A DNA stretch of 64,000 nucleotides from an uncultured Solirubrobacterales bacterium (GCA_963797905.1 CAWCRB010000001.1:185286-249285), one strand, 5' to 3'. Shown: positions 43,963 through 54,421, numbered from the stretch's first letter. Made by a program: numbers and translations. The notes: generated by a model from the sequence alone, not told the origin.

Positions 43963-44148
43963 TGCCCCTTTGACGGTCCGGCTTCGTGCTACGCGTCTGT
44001 CTGTGTGTTCGCGCCGGCGGCGGCGCGCCGGAAGCTACCCGGTCTGGACTGGCATCGTGTCGCTCGGAAATGACGGGTAGCTAAAGCCCCCGTGCGAATC
44101 CTGCGGGGTTCACGTGGGGTCCCGGTGTGGCGGCGAACGGCCATTCGC

Positions 44149-45342
44149 TCAGCGCAGGATCCCGGTGTGCCCGAGGGAGTAGCGGCCGGGCTGCGGCCAG
44201 ACGCACAGACCGTGCGGGCCGGCCCCGACCTTGACGCTCCGCAGCAGGTGTCCGGTCTGGGTGTCGATCGCGTACACGACGCCGTCGTAGCGGCCCGAGA
44301 GCCACAGGACGCGACCATCGGCCGACACGCCGCCCATGTCCGGGCTGCCACCGCCGGGGAGGTGCCAGGTGGCGGTCACCCGACGGCGGTGGAAGTCGAG
44401 CACCGACACCGAGCCCGCACCGCGGTTGGAGATGTAGAGCCGCTGCGAGTCCCGGCTCGGATACAGCCCGTGGGCGCCGGCCCCGGTGGGGATCAGACCG
44501 GTCACCCGCCAGTGCCGCGGGGTGACCGTGAACACGCCGCCGTGGGTGAGATCGGCGACGTAGAACACGCGGCCGTCGGGAGCGAGCTTCACATCCTGGG
44601 GGGAGGACCCGGCCGGCAGCACGATGCGCCGGACGATCTTCTCGGTCGACAGGTCGACGACGACCAGCGCAGAGCCGAACTCGCACGTGGCGAGCATGTA
44701 CCGCCCGTCGCGGGTGAAATCGGCGTGGTTGACGCCGGCGCACATCGGCACCGCGAGCGAGTGGCGCAGCGCCATCGTGTGGGCGTCGCGGAAGTCGATC
44801 CGGCGCAATCGCTCGGCCATCACGATCGCCTCGGTCCCGTTCGGGGAGAAGTACAGGTTGTAGGGGTCCTCAACGGGGACGGGCCGTCCCGGGGTGCCGG
44901 TGCGGGGGTCGATCGGGGTCAGCGAGTTGCCGATGTCGTTGGTGACCCACAGTCGCGTCAGGTCGTAGGACGGCACGATGTGCTGGGGCAGCGCCCCGAC
45001 CGGGAAGTGACGGACGATCCGGTAGGTCCGCGGGTCGATCTCGTCGACGGTCGCGCTCTCGCTGTTCGGCACGTACACGAGGCTGCGGGCCTTCAGAGCG
45101 GCGCCGGTGAGCATCCCCGGGCGGTCCGCGGCATAGACGTCAGCGGAGTCGAGCAGCGGCGGGACTCGGGGGACTGCGGCGGTTGGGTGGGACGACGTCG
45201 TGCTGGTCGTCGCGGCCGTCGTTGTGGTCGCCGTCCGGGTCGTCCGAACGTGCCGGTCGGTGCCGCCGCAGCCCGCGACGGTGACTGCCGTGAGCGCAGC
45301 GAGGGCCAGCCCGCCGATCGCCCGCCGATGGGGGAGCCTCAT
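44149..45342 (-). CDS. YncE/YVTN beta-propeller lipoprotein
   Basis: Lipobox VAGC; repeats VYVPNS, LWVTN, FYVAD and LYISNR. Confidence 0.82.
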   Translation of the reverse strand: MRLPHRRAIGGLALAALTAVTVAGCGGTDRHVRTTRTATTTTAATTSTTSSHPTAAVPRVPPLLDSADVYAADRPGMLTGAALKARSLVYVPNSESATVDEIDPRTYRIVRHFPVGALPQHIVPSYDLTRLWVTNDIGNSLTPIDPRTGTPGRPVPVEDPYNLYFSPNGTEAIVMAERLRRIDFRDAHTMALRHSLAVPMCAGVNHADFTRDGRYMLATCEFGSALVVVDLSTEKIVRRIVLPAGSSPQDVKLAPDGRVFYVADLTHGGVFTVTPRHWRVTGLIPTGAGAHGLYPSRDSQRLYISNRGAGSVSVLDFHRRRVTATWHLPGGGSPDMGGVSADGRVLWLSGRYDGVVYAIDTQTGHLLRSVKVGAGPHGLCVWPQPGRYSLGHTGILR

Positions 45343-46376
45343 GGCGCGGTACGGGGGACCAGCGTGAGCACGGCGTCGCTCACCGAGCCCGACGGGGCCC
45401 GGCCCCCGGCGACGAGCACGCGGCCCGCGACCACGCCGGCTCCGATGTCCGACAGCGGGCCCGGCAGCCGACCGGCGGAGGACACGTGACCGCTCGCCGG
45501 GTCGATCGCCCGGATCGCGTCTGTCTGGGTGCCGAGGTCGGTTCCCCGACCGCCGATCACGTACACCCAGCGGCCGACCGTCACCGCGGCCGCGTGCGTG
45601 AGCGGGTGCGGGAGCGTTGCGAGGTGGCGGACGGTCCCGCCCGCCGGGTCGAAGACCAGCACCTCCCGTGAGGCGACGCCGGCCACCGAGCCGCCGGCGA
45701 TGATCAGCCGGCCGCGGGCGGCGGTGACGGCGGCATAGCGGAGACCGGCGGGGAGCGCTCCGGCCGCCGTCGCGGTGCCGTGGCCGGTGAAGCGGACGAT
45801 CGTGCGCAACGAGTTCGCGCCGTCGTAGCCGCCGACAACGTAGGCCGTGCCGCTGAGGGTGGCCGCCGCGACGTCGGAGGCCGGCGCGGGCAGATGACCG
45901 GCGAGGCCGGCCGGCGCGCCGGGGCCGAACGCGCGGATCTCGGCGTGCGAGGGCTCGCCCCCGCCGAACACGTACGCCGTTCCGCCGACCGTGGCCGCGG
46001 CGGCATCATGGATCGCCTCGGGAAGCGGCGGCCCGGAGCTGACCGCCGTGGGTGTCACGACGGTGACCGCGTCGACCGAGGTGTCGGCGGCGCTGAGGCC
46101 GCCGGCGAGCAGCAGGTCGGTCCCCACGACGGTCGCCGCCGGGAGCTGGACTGGCGCCGGGAGCCGCCGGCGGCCGGCCGGCACGAGCGCGGGGGGCGTC
46201 GTGGCGGCGGTCGTTGTCGCGTGGGGGGCGGAGGTCGTCGCGGCGGTGTGGCTGGTGGTGGCGCTGCTCGTGTTGGAGCTCGAGCTGGAGCCGCCGCAGG
46301 CGGCGAGCAGGACGCTGCAGAGCGCCGCCGCGCCCATCGCCGTGCGGGCCGCCCCGCCTGTCAGGGTGGTGGGCAC
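45339..46376 (-). CDS. Kelch-repeat lipoprotein
   Basis: Lipobox LAAC plus Ser/Thr linker; AYVFGG, AYVVGG, VYVIGG and VLVAGG repeats; start approximate. Confidence 0.78.
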   Translation of the reverse strand: MPTTLTGGAARTAMGAAALCSVLLAACGGSSSSSNTSSATTSHTAATTSAPHATTTAATTPPALVPAGRRRLPAPVQLPAATVVGTDLLLAGGLSAADTSVDAVTVVTPTAVSSGPPLPEAIHDAAAATVGGTAYVFGGGEPSHAEIRAFGPGAPAGLAGHLPAPASDVAAATLSGTAYVVGGYDGANSLRTIVRFTGHGTATAAGALPAGLRYAAVTAARGRLIIAGGSVAGVASREVLVFDPAGGTVRHLATLPHPLTHAAAVTVGRWVYVIGGRGTDLGTQTDAIRAIDPASGHVSSAGRLPGPLSDIGAGVVAGRVLVAGGRAPSGSVSDAVLTLVPRTAP

Positions 46377-46432
46377 TCGCTCGATGCTGTCCGTGATGCC
46401 TGAAGCGCGACTAAGCGCTTGATGACGAGGTT

Positions 46433-47044
46433 CTACTCGTCGTCGACGTACAGCGACTCGACGGCGAGCTCCTCGCCGCGCCGGCCCCACAGCTTGATCT
46501 CGAGGTAGTCGCCGCGGTAGTCATCGGCGGCCAGCAGCGTGAACCGCTCGTCGACCAGCTCGCACTGATCGACGGCGAGGTTGGCCAGCTCGGCCGTGAC
46601 GAGCGTCCCGCCGGGGACCATCGGCACGCCCCAGACCAGCGTCATCTGAGCCCGTTTGCCGTCCTCGCCCCGCCACTCGCCGATCACCTCATCGTTGAGA
46701 TCGAGCTGCCACTCCGGGTTGGAGTCCGCCGTCTCGGAGGTGAAATCGGCGCCGGCGGTGAAGTCAGCCGGGCCGCCGGAGGCCTCGCTGAAGGAGACGA
46801 ATCCGAACACGTCATAGCCCTCGTCGGTTCGGGTGACCGCCGGGACATAGGTGCGACCGGCGTAGGAGCGGTCCGGGAACCAGGCCACCTCCCCGACCTG
46901 CCCGATCTCCTCGCCCTCGGTGTCGATCTCGGCGACGGCGCGCATGAAGTGCTCCCGCAGGGTGTCGGCCCAGCGGCCGTAGGGGATCCCCTCCTGCGGG
47001 GGCTCGGCGGCGAAGCTGATCACGAAGCGGTCGGTCGGCGGCAT
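46433..47044 (-). CDS. Acidic hypothetical protein
   Basis: 203-aa ORF with typical codon bias; TACGCT -10-like element just upstream. Confidence 0.75.
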   Translation of the reverse strand: MPPTDRFVISFAAEPPQEGIPYGRWADTLREHFMRAVAEIDTEGEEIGQVGEVAWFPDRSYAGRTYVPAVTRTDEGYDVFGFVSFSEASGGPADFTAGADFTSETADSNPEWQLDLNDEVIGEWRGEDGKRAQMTLVWGVPMVPGGTLVTAELANLAVDQCELVDERFTLLAADDYRGDYLEIKLWGRRGEELAVESLYVDDE

Positions 47045-47102
47045 GCCGGCGGGAGCGTAGTTGGTCGCTCGGTGGGTCGTCGGGTCGGGCGGCGCAGAGC
47101 GC

Positions 47103-48623
47103 TCAGAACGCTCCGCGCCGGGTGAGCACGGCGGGAATCGTCTTCAGCAGGATCGACATGTCCAGGAACATCGACCACCGCTCCAGGTACAGGAAGTCGA
47201 GGCGTACGAGGTCGTCGAAGTCGAGGTCGGCACGGCCCGAGACCTGCCACAGCCCGGTGATCCCGGGCAGCACGAGATAGCGCTTCTTGTGCCACTCCTC
47301 GAGCCGCTCGAAATCGCGCATCGGCAGCGGACGCGGTCCGACGAGCGACATCTCGCCTCGGACGACGTTGGCCAGCTGGGGCAGCTCATCGAGGGAGAAG
47401 CGGCGCAGGAAGGAGCCGGCCGGGGTGAGGCGCGGATCGTCGCGGATCTTGAACAGCGCGCCCGACTTCTCGTTGAGGGCCTCGAGCTGCTCCTGGTTCT
47501 GGTCGGCGTGCTCGAACATCGTGCGGAACTTGAAGCACGCGAACGGCCGGCCGCCGATCCCGGGGCGGACGGAGCGGTAGATGATCGGACCGCGCGAGGT
47601 CAGCTTGATGGCGATCGCGATCAGCATCAGCACCGGGGAGAGCACGAGCAGCACCAGCGAGGCCACGACCAGGTCGAACATCCGCTTGAGCACGAAGTCG
47701 ACGCCCTCGAACACCGGCGGGCGCAGCGTGAACAGCGGCACGGTCTGCCCGGGAACGAACTCCGCCCGCTTGATGAGGATCTCCATCGTCGTCGGCGCGA
47801 TGTTGACCGTCACCCCTCGCTGATGGCAGGTGTCGACGAGCTCGATCGCGCTCTCCTGCGGGAAGTCCGGGTCGGCCAGGATGACCTCCTGGATCCGCTC
47901 GGCGGCGATGATCTCCGGCAGGTCGGCGAGCACCCCGAGCGAGCGCAGGCCGTTGTGCGGCCGCGGAGCGACCGACACGAACCCGATCAGCGCGACGCGC
48001 GTCCGGGCGCGGTCGGCGAGCGCCTCGGCCACCGCCTCCAGGTGTTTGCCGGACCCGACGAGCACCGCGCGGCGCTCGTAACCCGCCTGCTCGAGCATCC
48101 ACCCGGTGACCCGGAGGTGGAGCTCGCGGAGCCCGGTGAGATACGCGATCCCGAACACGAACGTCCCGTAGAACACGAAGTAGCTCTGGAACTTCTGGCC
48201 GCTGGCCAGCGCGAACACGAGCGCCACCACCGCAGCCTGGAACAGGGCCTTGGAGATCCGGCCGAGCCCGAGTCGCCGCGGGCGGTCGGCGTAGAGGTCG
48301 GCGTGGGCGAACATCAGCACCGTGATCAGGTAGGCGAACGCCAGCCATTGTTTGGTCTGGTGCAGCACGTCGCGCAGGACGAAGTCGTCCTGGAGGGCGG
48401 TCTTGATGGCGAGCGTCGTGGCCAGGGCGGCGGCGACGCCGATGAGGTCGAGCGCCAGCAGCGACAGCACACGCGCCACCCGGCGGGCGGTCTCCAGGCG
48501 CAGCACGAAGGAGAGCAGCGGCGGCCGCTTGGAGCGGACGTCACGGACAGGGGAGGCTGTCCCGGCGCTATCTGTGCGGGTAGCCGTCGGCGGAGGCTTG
48601 GCCTCTGTCTGCTCTGGGGTCAC
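47103..48623 (-). CDS. Polyprenyl-phosphate glycosylphosphotransferase (WcaJ-like priming transferase)
   Basis: KRMFD, KFRTM, DDPR, SLDELPQL, SLVGPRP and PGITGLWQVSGR. Confidence 0.93.
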   Translation of the reverse strand: MTPEQTEAKPPPTATRTDSAGTASPVRDVRSKRPPLLSFVLRLETARRVARVLSLLALDLIGVAAALATTLAIKTALQDDFVLRDVLHQTKQWLAFAYLITVLMFAHADLYADRPRRLGLGRISKALFQAAVVALVFALASGQKFQSYFVFYGTFVFGIAYLTGLRELHLRVTGWMLEQAGYERRAVLVGSGKHLEAVAEALADRARTRVALIGFVSVAPRPHNGLRSLGVLADLPEIIAAERIQEVILADPDFPQESAIELVDTCHQRGVTVNIAPTTMEILIKRAEFVPGQTVPLFTLRPPVFEGVDFVLKRMFDLVVASLVLLVLSPVLMLIAIAIKLTSRGPIIYRSVRPGIGGRPFACFKFRTMFEHADQNQEQLEALNEKSGALFKIRDDPRLTPAGSFLRRFSLDELPQLANVVRGEMSLVGPRPLPMRDFERLEEWHKKRYLVLPGITGLWQVSGRADLDFDDLVRLDFLYLERWSMFLDMSILLKTIPAVLTRRGAF

Positions 48624-48760
48624 CTCAAGATGTGCGGACAGCGCGTTCCTACAGGTGAGAACGGGCCGGGGAACATGAAGTTACGGCCTAGAGTCGCGCG
48701 CAGCGGCAGCGCGCGGATGGTCCGTTGACCGGGAGTTTACGTTGCTCGGGTATTCGCCGC

Positions 48761-49708
48761 TCACCGCGGAGCGCCGACCAGCGCCTCGACCCCGGACTGG
48801 TCGATCGTCCGCCGGAGACCGTCGCGGAGGTCGATCTCGGGCTCCCACGAGAGAATCTCGCGGGCGAGCCTGATGTCCGGTTGGCGGACCTGCGGGTCAT
48901 CCGTGGGCAGGGCCTCGAAGATGATTTCGGACTTCGATCCGGTGATCTCGATCACGGCCTCGGCGAGCTCGAGCAGCGTGAACTCGTTCGGGTTGCCGAC
49001 GTTCACCGGGTCGTGGTAGCCGGATTCGGCCAGGCCGATGATCCCGCGGATGAGGTCGTCGACGTAACAGAACGACCGGGTCTGGGAGCCGTCGCCGAAC
49101 ACGGTGATCGCGCGGTCCTGGAGCGCTTGGCGCAGGAACGTGGGGATCGCTCGCCCGTCGTGCGGCCGCATCCGCGGTCCGTAGGTGTTGAAGATCCGGA
49201 CGATGGCGGTGTCGACGCCCTGCTGGCGGTGATAGGCCATGGTCAGCGCCTCGGCGTAGCGCTTCGCCTCGTCGTAGACGCCGCGCGGCCCGATCGGGTT
49301 GACGTGGCCCCAGTAGGTCTCCGGCTGCGGGTGGACCTGCGGGTCGCCGTAGACCTCACTCGTCGAGGCGGTGAGGAACCGCGCGCGATGCTTCTTGGCC
49401 AGCCCGAGCGTGTGGTGCGTGCCGTAGGACCCGACCTTCAGCGTGTGCAGGGGAAGCCGGAGATAGTCGATCGGCGATGCCGGCGAGGCGAGGTGGTACA
49501 CGAAGTCGACCGGCTCATCGATGAAGTACGGCTCGATGATGTCCAGGTTGAGGTGCACGAAGTCGTCCGTACGGATGTGCGCGATGTTGGCCAGCGATCC
49601 GGTCTCGAGGTTGTCGATGCAGATCACGCGGTGATCGCGGCGCAGCAGCTCCTCGCACAGGTGCGAGCCGAGGAAGCCGGCGCCGCCGGTGACGAGGGAC
49701 GTGGGCAT
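48761..49708 (-). CDS. UDP-glucuronic acid decarboxylase (UDP-xylose synthase)
   Basis: [33 protein letters not shown] and YDEAKR. Confidence 0.92.
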   Translation of the reverse strand: MPTSLVTGGAGFLGSHLCEELLRRDHRVICIDNLETGSLANIAHIRTDDFVHLNLDIIEPYFIDEPVDFVYHLASPASPIDYLRLPLHTLKVGSYGTHHTLGLAKKHRARFLTASTSEVYGDPQVHPQPETYWGHVNPIGPRGVYDEAKRYAEALTMAYHRQQGVDTAIVRIFNTYGPRMRPHDGRAIPTFLRQALQDRAITVFGDGSQTRSFCYVDDLIRGIIGLAESGYHDPVNVGNPNEFTLLELAEAVIEITGSKSEIIFEALPTDDPQVRQPDIRLAREILSWEPEIDLRDGLRRTIDQSGVEALVGAPR

Positions 49709-49757
49709 TCCGGGGAATCTAGCGGGGAACTGGGGCGCGGTCGGCGAGCGCGGCCGG

Positions 49758-51323
49758 TCAGGACTCCGGTTCGCGGGCGGCCCGGCGCCGGAGGACGTGC
49801 ACCTCGCCGCGCCGGATCAGCACCCGCTCGGAGTCGAGATGCTCGAGCAGGGCCTGGGCGCAGCGGCGCGAGGTGGCGAGCGCGTCGCGGACCTCACCGA
49901 GCCGCACCGCGCCCCCGTTCTCCCGCGCGAGCTCCACGATCCGCTGCTCGGCTGCCTCCAGCACCTCCCGGTGGAAGTGCTGCGTCCGGGCCACGCGCAC
50001 CGCAGCTCCGGCCTCCCGCAGCGCGGCGAGGTCATCGGCATCGAGCTCCGCATCCGACGGCGGCTCAAATCGGGCCGCTCGCAGTCTCCGCTCGAGCTCC
50101 TGAGCGCTCGCGCTGAGCGGCCCTGGCGCACCGTCGGCCGCAGCCGACCCGCCGAGCGGGACGTGCTCGCGCGAGTCCCGCTCGGCGGCTTCGCCGGCGG
50201 CCGAGTCCGGTTCCGGGGCTGTGCCCGCCGCGAGCGATCGGAGTCGGCGCACCACTGACTCGCTTTCAGCGTGGCGAGCGGGGTGGGCGTCGAGGATCCG
50301 GACGCCGCCGAGCGTGTCGGGCGGCGCGATCCGCCGGACCACGGCGCGGTCGCCGGCCAGTGCGATCAGCGGCGCCTCGAGGCGGAGCTGCAGCAACCCC
50401 TCGCCGAGCGGGGTGACGCGGGCCGGGGCCTCACGGGTGCCGTGGTGGACCTGGACTCGCTCGCCGCGGTAGAGCGTCTGCCCGGGATCGAGTTCAGTCG
50501 CACAGTCGAGCCGGAACGTCGCCGCGTTCGCCGCCGCGGGGTCGGCGAGGACGTCGCCCCGGCCGAGTTCCTCCACACCGACCCCCCGAAGGTTGACCGC
50601 GACCCGCTGCCCGGCGGCCGCCGCCGGCACCGCCTGATCGTGGACCTGGACCCCCCGGACACGGACTCGCCGGCCCTGGGGGAGGAGCACGATCTCGGCG
50701 CCGCGCGTCACCGATCCGGCCCACAGCGTGCCGGTGACGACGGTCCCGGCGCCCCGGATCGAGAACACGCGGTCGATCGGCAGCCGCAGCGGTCCTGGGG
50801 CCGACCCCCGGGACGGGGTCGCGGCGGCGAGGCGCGCCAGCGCGGCGCGCAGTCCGTCCAGTCCGGCGCCGGTGCGGCTCGACACGGCCACCGTTTCGGC
50901 TCCGGGGAGGAGCTCTCGGGCGGCAGCGGTTGCCGGCCCGGGATCCGCCAGGTCGCTCTTCGTGATCGCCACGACCCCACGGGCGAGACCCAGCGCCCGC
51001 AGCACGGCCGCGTGCTCACGCGTCTGCGGCATCACCCCGTCGTCAGCTGCGACGACCATCAGGAACATGTCGATGCCCGTCGCCCCGGCGACCATCGTGC
51101 GCACGAACCGCTCGTGTCCGGGGACGTCGACGATCGACAGGCGCCGCTCGTCGGGCAGCGTCAGGGCTGCGTACCCGAGCTCGATCGAGATCCCGCGCTC
51201 GCGCTCCTGCGGGAGCCGGTCGGTGTCGACACCGGTCAGCGCCCTGATCAGCGCCGTCTTGCCGTGGTCGATATGACCTGCGGTGCCGAGCGTGAGCGGT
51301 CCGGTCACCGGGGATCCGGTCAC
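49758..51323 (-). CDS. selB: Selenocysteine-specific elongation factor
   Basis: [28 protein letters not shown] and IDRVF; C-terminal winged helix RDALATSRR...LLEHLD. Confidence 0.93.
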   Translation of the reverse strand: MTGSPVTGPLTLGTAGHIDHGKTALIRALTGVDTDRLPQERERGISIELGYAALTLPDERRLSIVDVPGHERFVRTMVAGATGIDMFLMVVAADDGVMPQTREHAAVLRALGLARGVVAITKSDLADPGPATAAARELLPGAETVAVSSRTGAGLDGLRAALARLAAATPSRGSAPGPLRLPIDRVFSIRGAGTVVTGTLWAGSVTRGAEIVLLPQGRRVRVRGVQVHDQAVPAAAAGQRVAVNLRGVGVEELGRGDVLADPAAANAATFRLDCATELDPGQTLYRGERVQVHHGTREAPARVTPLGEGLLQLRLEAPLIALAGDRAVVRRIAPPDTLGGVRILDAHPARHAESESVVRRLRSLAAGTAPEPDSAAGEAAERDSREHVPLGGSAAADGAPGPLSASAQELERRLRAARFEPPSDAELDADDLAALREAGAAVRVARTQHFHREVLEAAEQRIVELARENGGAVRLGEVRDALATSRRCAQALLEHLDSERVLIRRGEVHVLRRRAAREPES

Positions 51324-51365
51324 CGGGAAGCCTGTCGGCGGGCCCTCACGGCCGTCGGCGCCCTC

Positions 51366-52739
51366 TCACGCCAGCGCCGCGCGCGTGATTTCGGCCGCCT
51401 GCACAGCCTCCTCGTCGGTGAGCGTCCGCGGGTCGAGCAGCACCCGTCCATCGTCGATCCGCGCGATCACCGGGGGGCGTGCACGGCGCAGGCGCCCGGT
51501 GAACGACTCGGGATCGGGGACGTCGATCGCCACGGCCGGTCCGGGCAGCTCGAGCAGCGGCAGCGCGCCCCCGCCGACCCGGGCCGACGAGGTCACGATC
51601 GAGCAGCGCCCGTCGCCGATCCCGTCGCGGAGCGCCGCGGCTCGCGCCGCAAGCTCGGCTTCGCCCGCGGCGAGCATCGCCAGCACCGGGATCTCACGCA
51701 CGGCGCGGTCGGGGTCACGGTGGAGGTGAAGCGTCGCGTGCAGCGCGGCGAGCGAGAGCTTGTCGATGCGCAGAGCGCGGGCCAGCGGGTGGGAGGCCGC
51801 CGCGGCGATCGCCGTCCGCGTCCCGACGAGCAACCCGGCCTGTGGCCCGCCGAGCAGCTTGTCGCCCGAGCAGCACACGATCGCCGCTCCGGCGCGCAGC
51901 GAGGACCGCAGGTCCGGCTCGCCATCGAGCGCCGGCAGTCCGTCCCGCCGCACAACGCCGGACCCGAGGTCGTCGATCACCGGGACGCCGAGCTCGCACA
52001 GCGCCCCGAGCGGAGCCTCCTCGACGAAGCCGACGGTGCGGAAGTTCGACTGGTGGACGCGGAGGATCGCGGCGACGCCCGCTCCGAGCGCGGCGCGGTA
52101 GTCGTCGAGGCGTGTGCGGTTCGTCGTCCCCACCTCCACCAGCCGCGCCCCCGACTGCGCGACCACATCGGGGATCCGGAATCCCCCACCGATCTCGATC
52201 AGCTGGCCCCGCGAGACGACGACGCCACGGCCGGTCTCCTCGGCTGAGCGAGGTCCGGCCAGCGCGGCCACCGCCAGCAGCACGGCACCCGCGCCGTTGC
52301 CGACGACGAGCGCCGCCTCAGCGCCCGTCAGCTCGCGGAGCAGGCCCTCGACGTGGGCCTGGCGACTTCCCCGGCGGCCGGTCTCAAGGTCCAGCTCGAG
52401 CGCGCCGTAGCCCGCGGCGGCCGCCGCCACAGCGGCCTGCGCCCCGGCGGCGAGAGGAGCGCGGCCGAGGTTCGTGTGCAGCAGCACGCCGGTGGCGTTG
52501 AGGACGCGGGCCGGCACCGGTCGCTCGTCCGCCTCCAGCAGCTCGATCGCCCGGGCGGCGAGGTCGCCGGTCGGACTCCGGCCGGCCGCGACATCGGCCC
52601 GGCGCTCGGCGATCGCCCGTCGAGCGGCGCTCAACCGCCCCGCCGGCGAGGCGCTCTCCGGCAGCGTGGCGACGAGCTCGTGGACCGCCGGCAGCGCCCT
52701 CAGCGACCGTCCGCTGTCGGCGCCGTTCCCGTCGCCCAC
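51366..52739 (-). CDS. selA: L-seryl-tRNA(Sec) selenium transferase
   Basis: NATGVLLHTNLGRAP, EIGGGFRIP, EVGTTN, DLGSG and SGDKLLGGPQ. Confidence 0.95.
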   Translation of the reverse strand: MGDGNGADSGRSLRALPAVHELVATLPESASPAGRLSAARRAIAERRADVAAGRSPTGDLAARAIELLEADERPVPARVLNATGVLLHTNLGRAPLAAGAQAAVAAAAAGYGALELDLETGRRGSRQAHVEGLLRELTGAEAALVVGNGAGAVLLAVAALAGPRSAEETGRGVVVSRGQLIEIGGGFRIPDVVAQSGARLVEVGTTNRTRLDDYRAALGAGVAAILRVHQSNFRTVGFVEEAPLGALCELGVPVIDDLGSGVVRRDGLPALDGEPDLRSSLRAGAAIVCCSGDKLLGGPQAGLLVGTRTAIAAAASHPLARALRIDKLSLAALHATLHLHRDPDRAVREIPVLAMLAAGEAELAARAAALRDGIGDGRCSIVTSSARVGGGALPLLELPGPAVAIDVPDPESFTGRLRRARPPVIARIDDGRVLLDPRTLTDEEAVQAAEITRAALA

Positions 52740-53341
52740 TCACCCTCCTCTCGCTTCCAGATCGGAAGCCGTGCCTTGATCACGTCGATCAGCTCCCGGG
52801 CCCCGGCGAAGGCGGCGTCGCGGTGGGGTGCCGAGGCGGCGACGATCACCGCCGGCTCGGAGAGCGGAACGACGCCGACCCGATGCTCGGCGGCCGCCGC
52901 GCACAGGCCGTGGCGGGCGATCGCGGCTTCGATCAGCTCGGTCATCTGGCGCTCGGCCATCGCCACGTACGCCTCGTAGAAGAGCTCGGGAACCTCCCGC
53001 GTGCTGCCGGTGAACGTCACCGTCGCTCCGGCCCGCGGGTCCCGGACCCGGTCGACGAGGTCGTCGAGGCGCAGTGGCTCCCCGCTGACCCGGGCGTGGA
53101 CCGCGGCGACGGAGCCTCCCGAGACAGGTGGGATCAGTGCGAGCTCGTCGCCGCCGGCGAGCGCGGTCCCCGGATCGGCGTACTCGTGGTTGACCGCCAT
53201 CACCACCGGCAGCTCGCCGGTGAGCTCGCGCAGACGGTCCAGCGCATCGGCCACCCGGGCGCCGGCGGGAAGCTCCAGCTCCAGCCCATCGGTCCCGGCC
53301 CGCTCACGGAGGCCGGCGAACAGCGCGACGCGCACCAGCAC
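52700..53341 (-). CDS. Molybdopterin synthase MoaD-MoaE fusion (MoaX-like)
   Basis: MoaD LFAGLRE...LIPPVSGG fused to MoaE EHRVG, HRDAAF and PIWKRE. Confidence 0.9.
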   Translation of the reverse strand: MLVRVALFAGLRERAGTDGLELELPAGARVADALDRLRELTGELPVVMAVNHEYADPGTALAGGDELALIPPVSGGSVAAVHARVSGEPLRLDDLVDRVRDPRAGATVTFTGSTREVPELFYEAYVAMAERQMTELIEAAIARHGLCAAAAEHRVGVVPLSEPAVIVAASAPHRDAAFAGARELIDVIKARLPIWKREEGEWATGTAPTADGR

Positions 53342-53503
53342 GCGACTGAATCTAGATCATGGCCTCGGTTCGTGAGCGCGCCCGCCCTCGCGGGCCATCG
53401 GCGCCCGTGTTGACGGCGGGTTAGCGATGGCCGGGGCCCGGAGCAGGTCCCATATGCTCCCGCGGGGCGGGGTAACGATTTTCGACATGGAGGAACGCTC
53501 TGT

Positions 53504-54421
53504 ATGAAGCATCGGTTGAGGCTCTCGGTCGTCGTACCGACCCTGCTGGCCGCCGTCGCCGTGGTCGGCTGCGGCTCGTCCAGCTCCTCGAGCTCGAGCT
53601 CGAGCTCGTCGAGCGGTAGCGCCACGAGCGCGGCCGCGACAAGCGACCCGGCGGTGGCCAAGCTCGTCCCGTCAGCGATCAAGTCGAAGGGAACGATCAC
53701 CGTGGCCGCTGACGCGAGCTACGCGCCCAACGAGTTCTTCGCGACAGACGGCCACACCGTGATCGGCATGGACGCCGACCTGAGCAAGGCGTTGGCCGAG
53801 ACGATGGGCCTCAAGGCGAACGTCGTCAACGCCACGTTCGCGACGATCATCCCGGGCCTCGCATCGGGCAAGTACGACCTCGGTGCCTCGTCCTTCACCG
53901 ACACCAAGGAACGTGAGAAGACGGTCAGCTTCGTCACCTACTTCTCCGCCGGGACCTCGTTCTACACGAAGGCTTCCGGAGGGACCTCGGTCACCGGCCT
54001 GTCCGACATCTGTGGCCTGACGGTGGCCGTCGAGAGCGGAACCACACAGAAGGACGACGCCACCGCTCAGAGTGCGAAGTGCACGAAGGCGGGTAAGAAG
54101 CCGGTCAAGGTGCTGGTGTTCAACGATCAGAACGGCGCCAACCTGGCGCTGGCCAGCGGCCGGGCACAGGTCGTGATGGCTGACTCGCCGGTGGCCGCAT
54201 ACGCCGTCAAGAAGTCAAACGGCCAGTTCAAGATCGTGGGTCAGACCTACGGCACGGCGCCCTACGGGCTGGCCATTGGCAAGTCCAGCGGCCTGTCGCC
54301 TGCGGTCCTCGCGGCGGTCAAGAAGCTGATGGCGGACGGCCAATACAAGGCGATCCTCACGAAGTGGGGCATCCAGTCCGGCGCGATCACCGATCCGAAG
54401 ATCAACGGGGCCACGAGCTGA
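53504..54421 (+). CDS. Polar amino acid ABC transporter substrate-binding lipoprotein
   Basis: Lipobox VVGC plus poly-Ser; DASYAPNEF, IIPGL...KYD and TDTKER. Confidence 0.92.
   Translation: MKHRLRLSVVVPTLLAAVAVVGCGSSSSSSSSSSSSSGSATSAAATSDPAVAKLVPSAIKSKGTITVAADASYAPNEFFATDGHTVIGMDADLSKALAETMGLKANVVNATFATIIPGLASGKYDLGASSFTDTKEREKTVSFVTYFSAGTSFYTKASGGTSVTGLSDICGLTVAVESGTTQKDDATAQSAKCTKAGKKPVKVLVFNDQNGANLALASGRAQVVMADSPVAAYAVKKSNGQFKIVGQTYGTAPYGLAIGKSSGLSPAVLAAVKKLMADGQYKAILTKWGIQSGAITDPKINGATS

Noticed and set aside
47103-53341. A single selenium-plus-EPS operon (moaDE-selA-selB-uxs-wcaJ)
   Set aside because: uxs has its own leaderless -10 (TAGATT, 49716-49721), and no functional link is evident.
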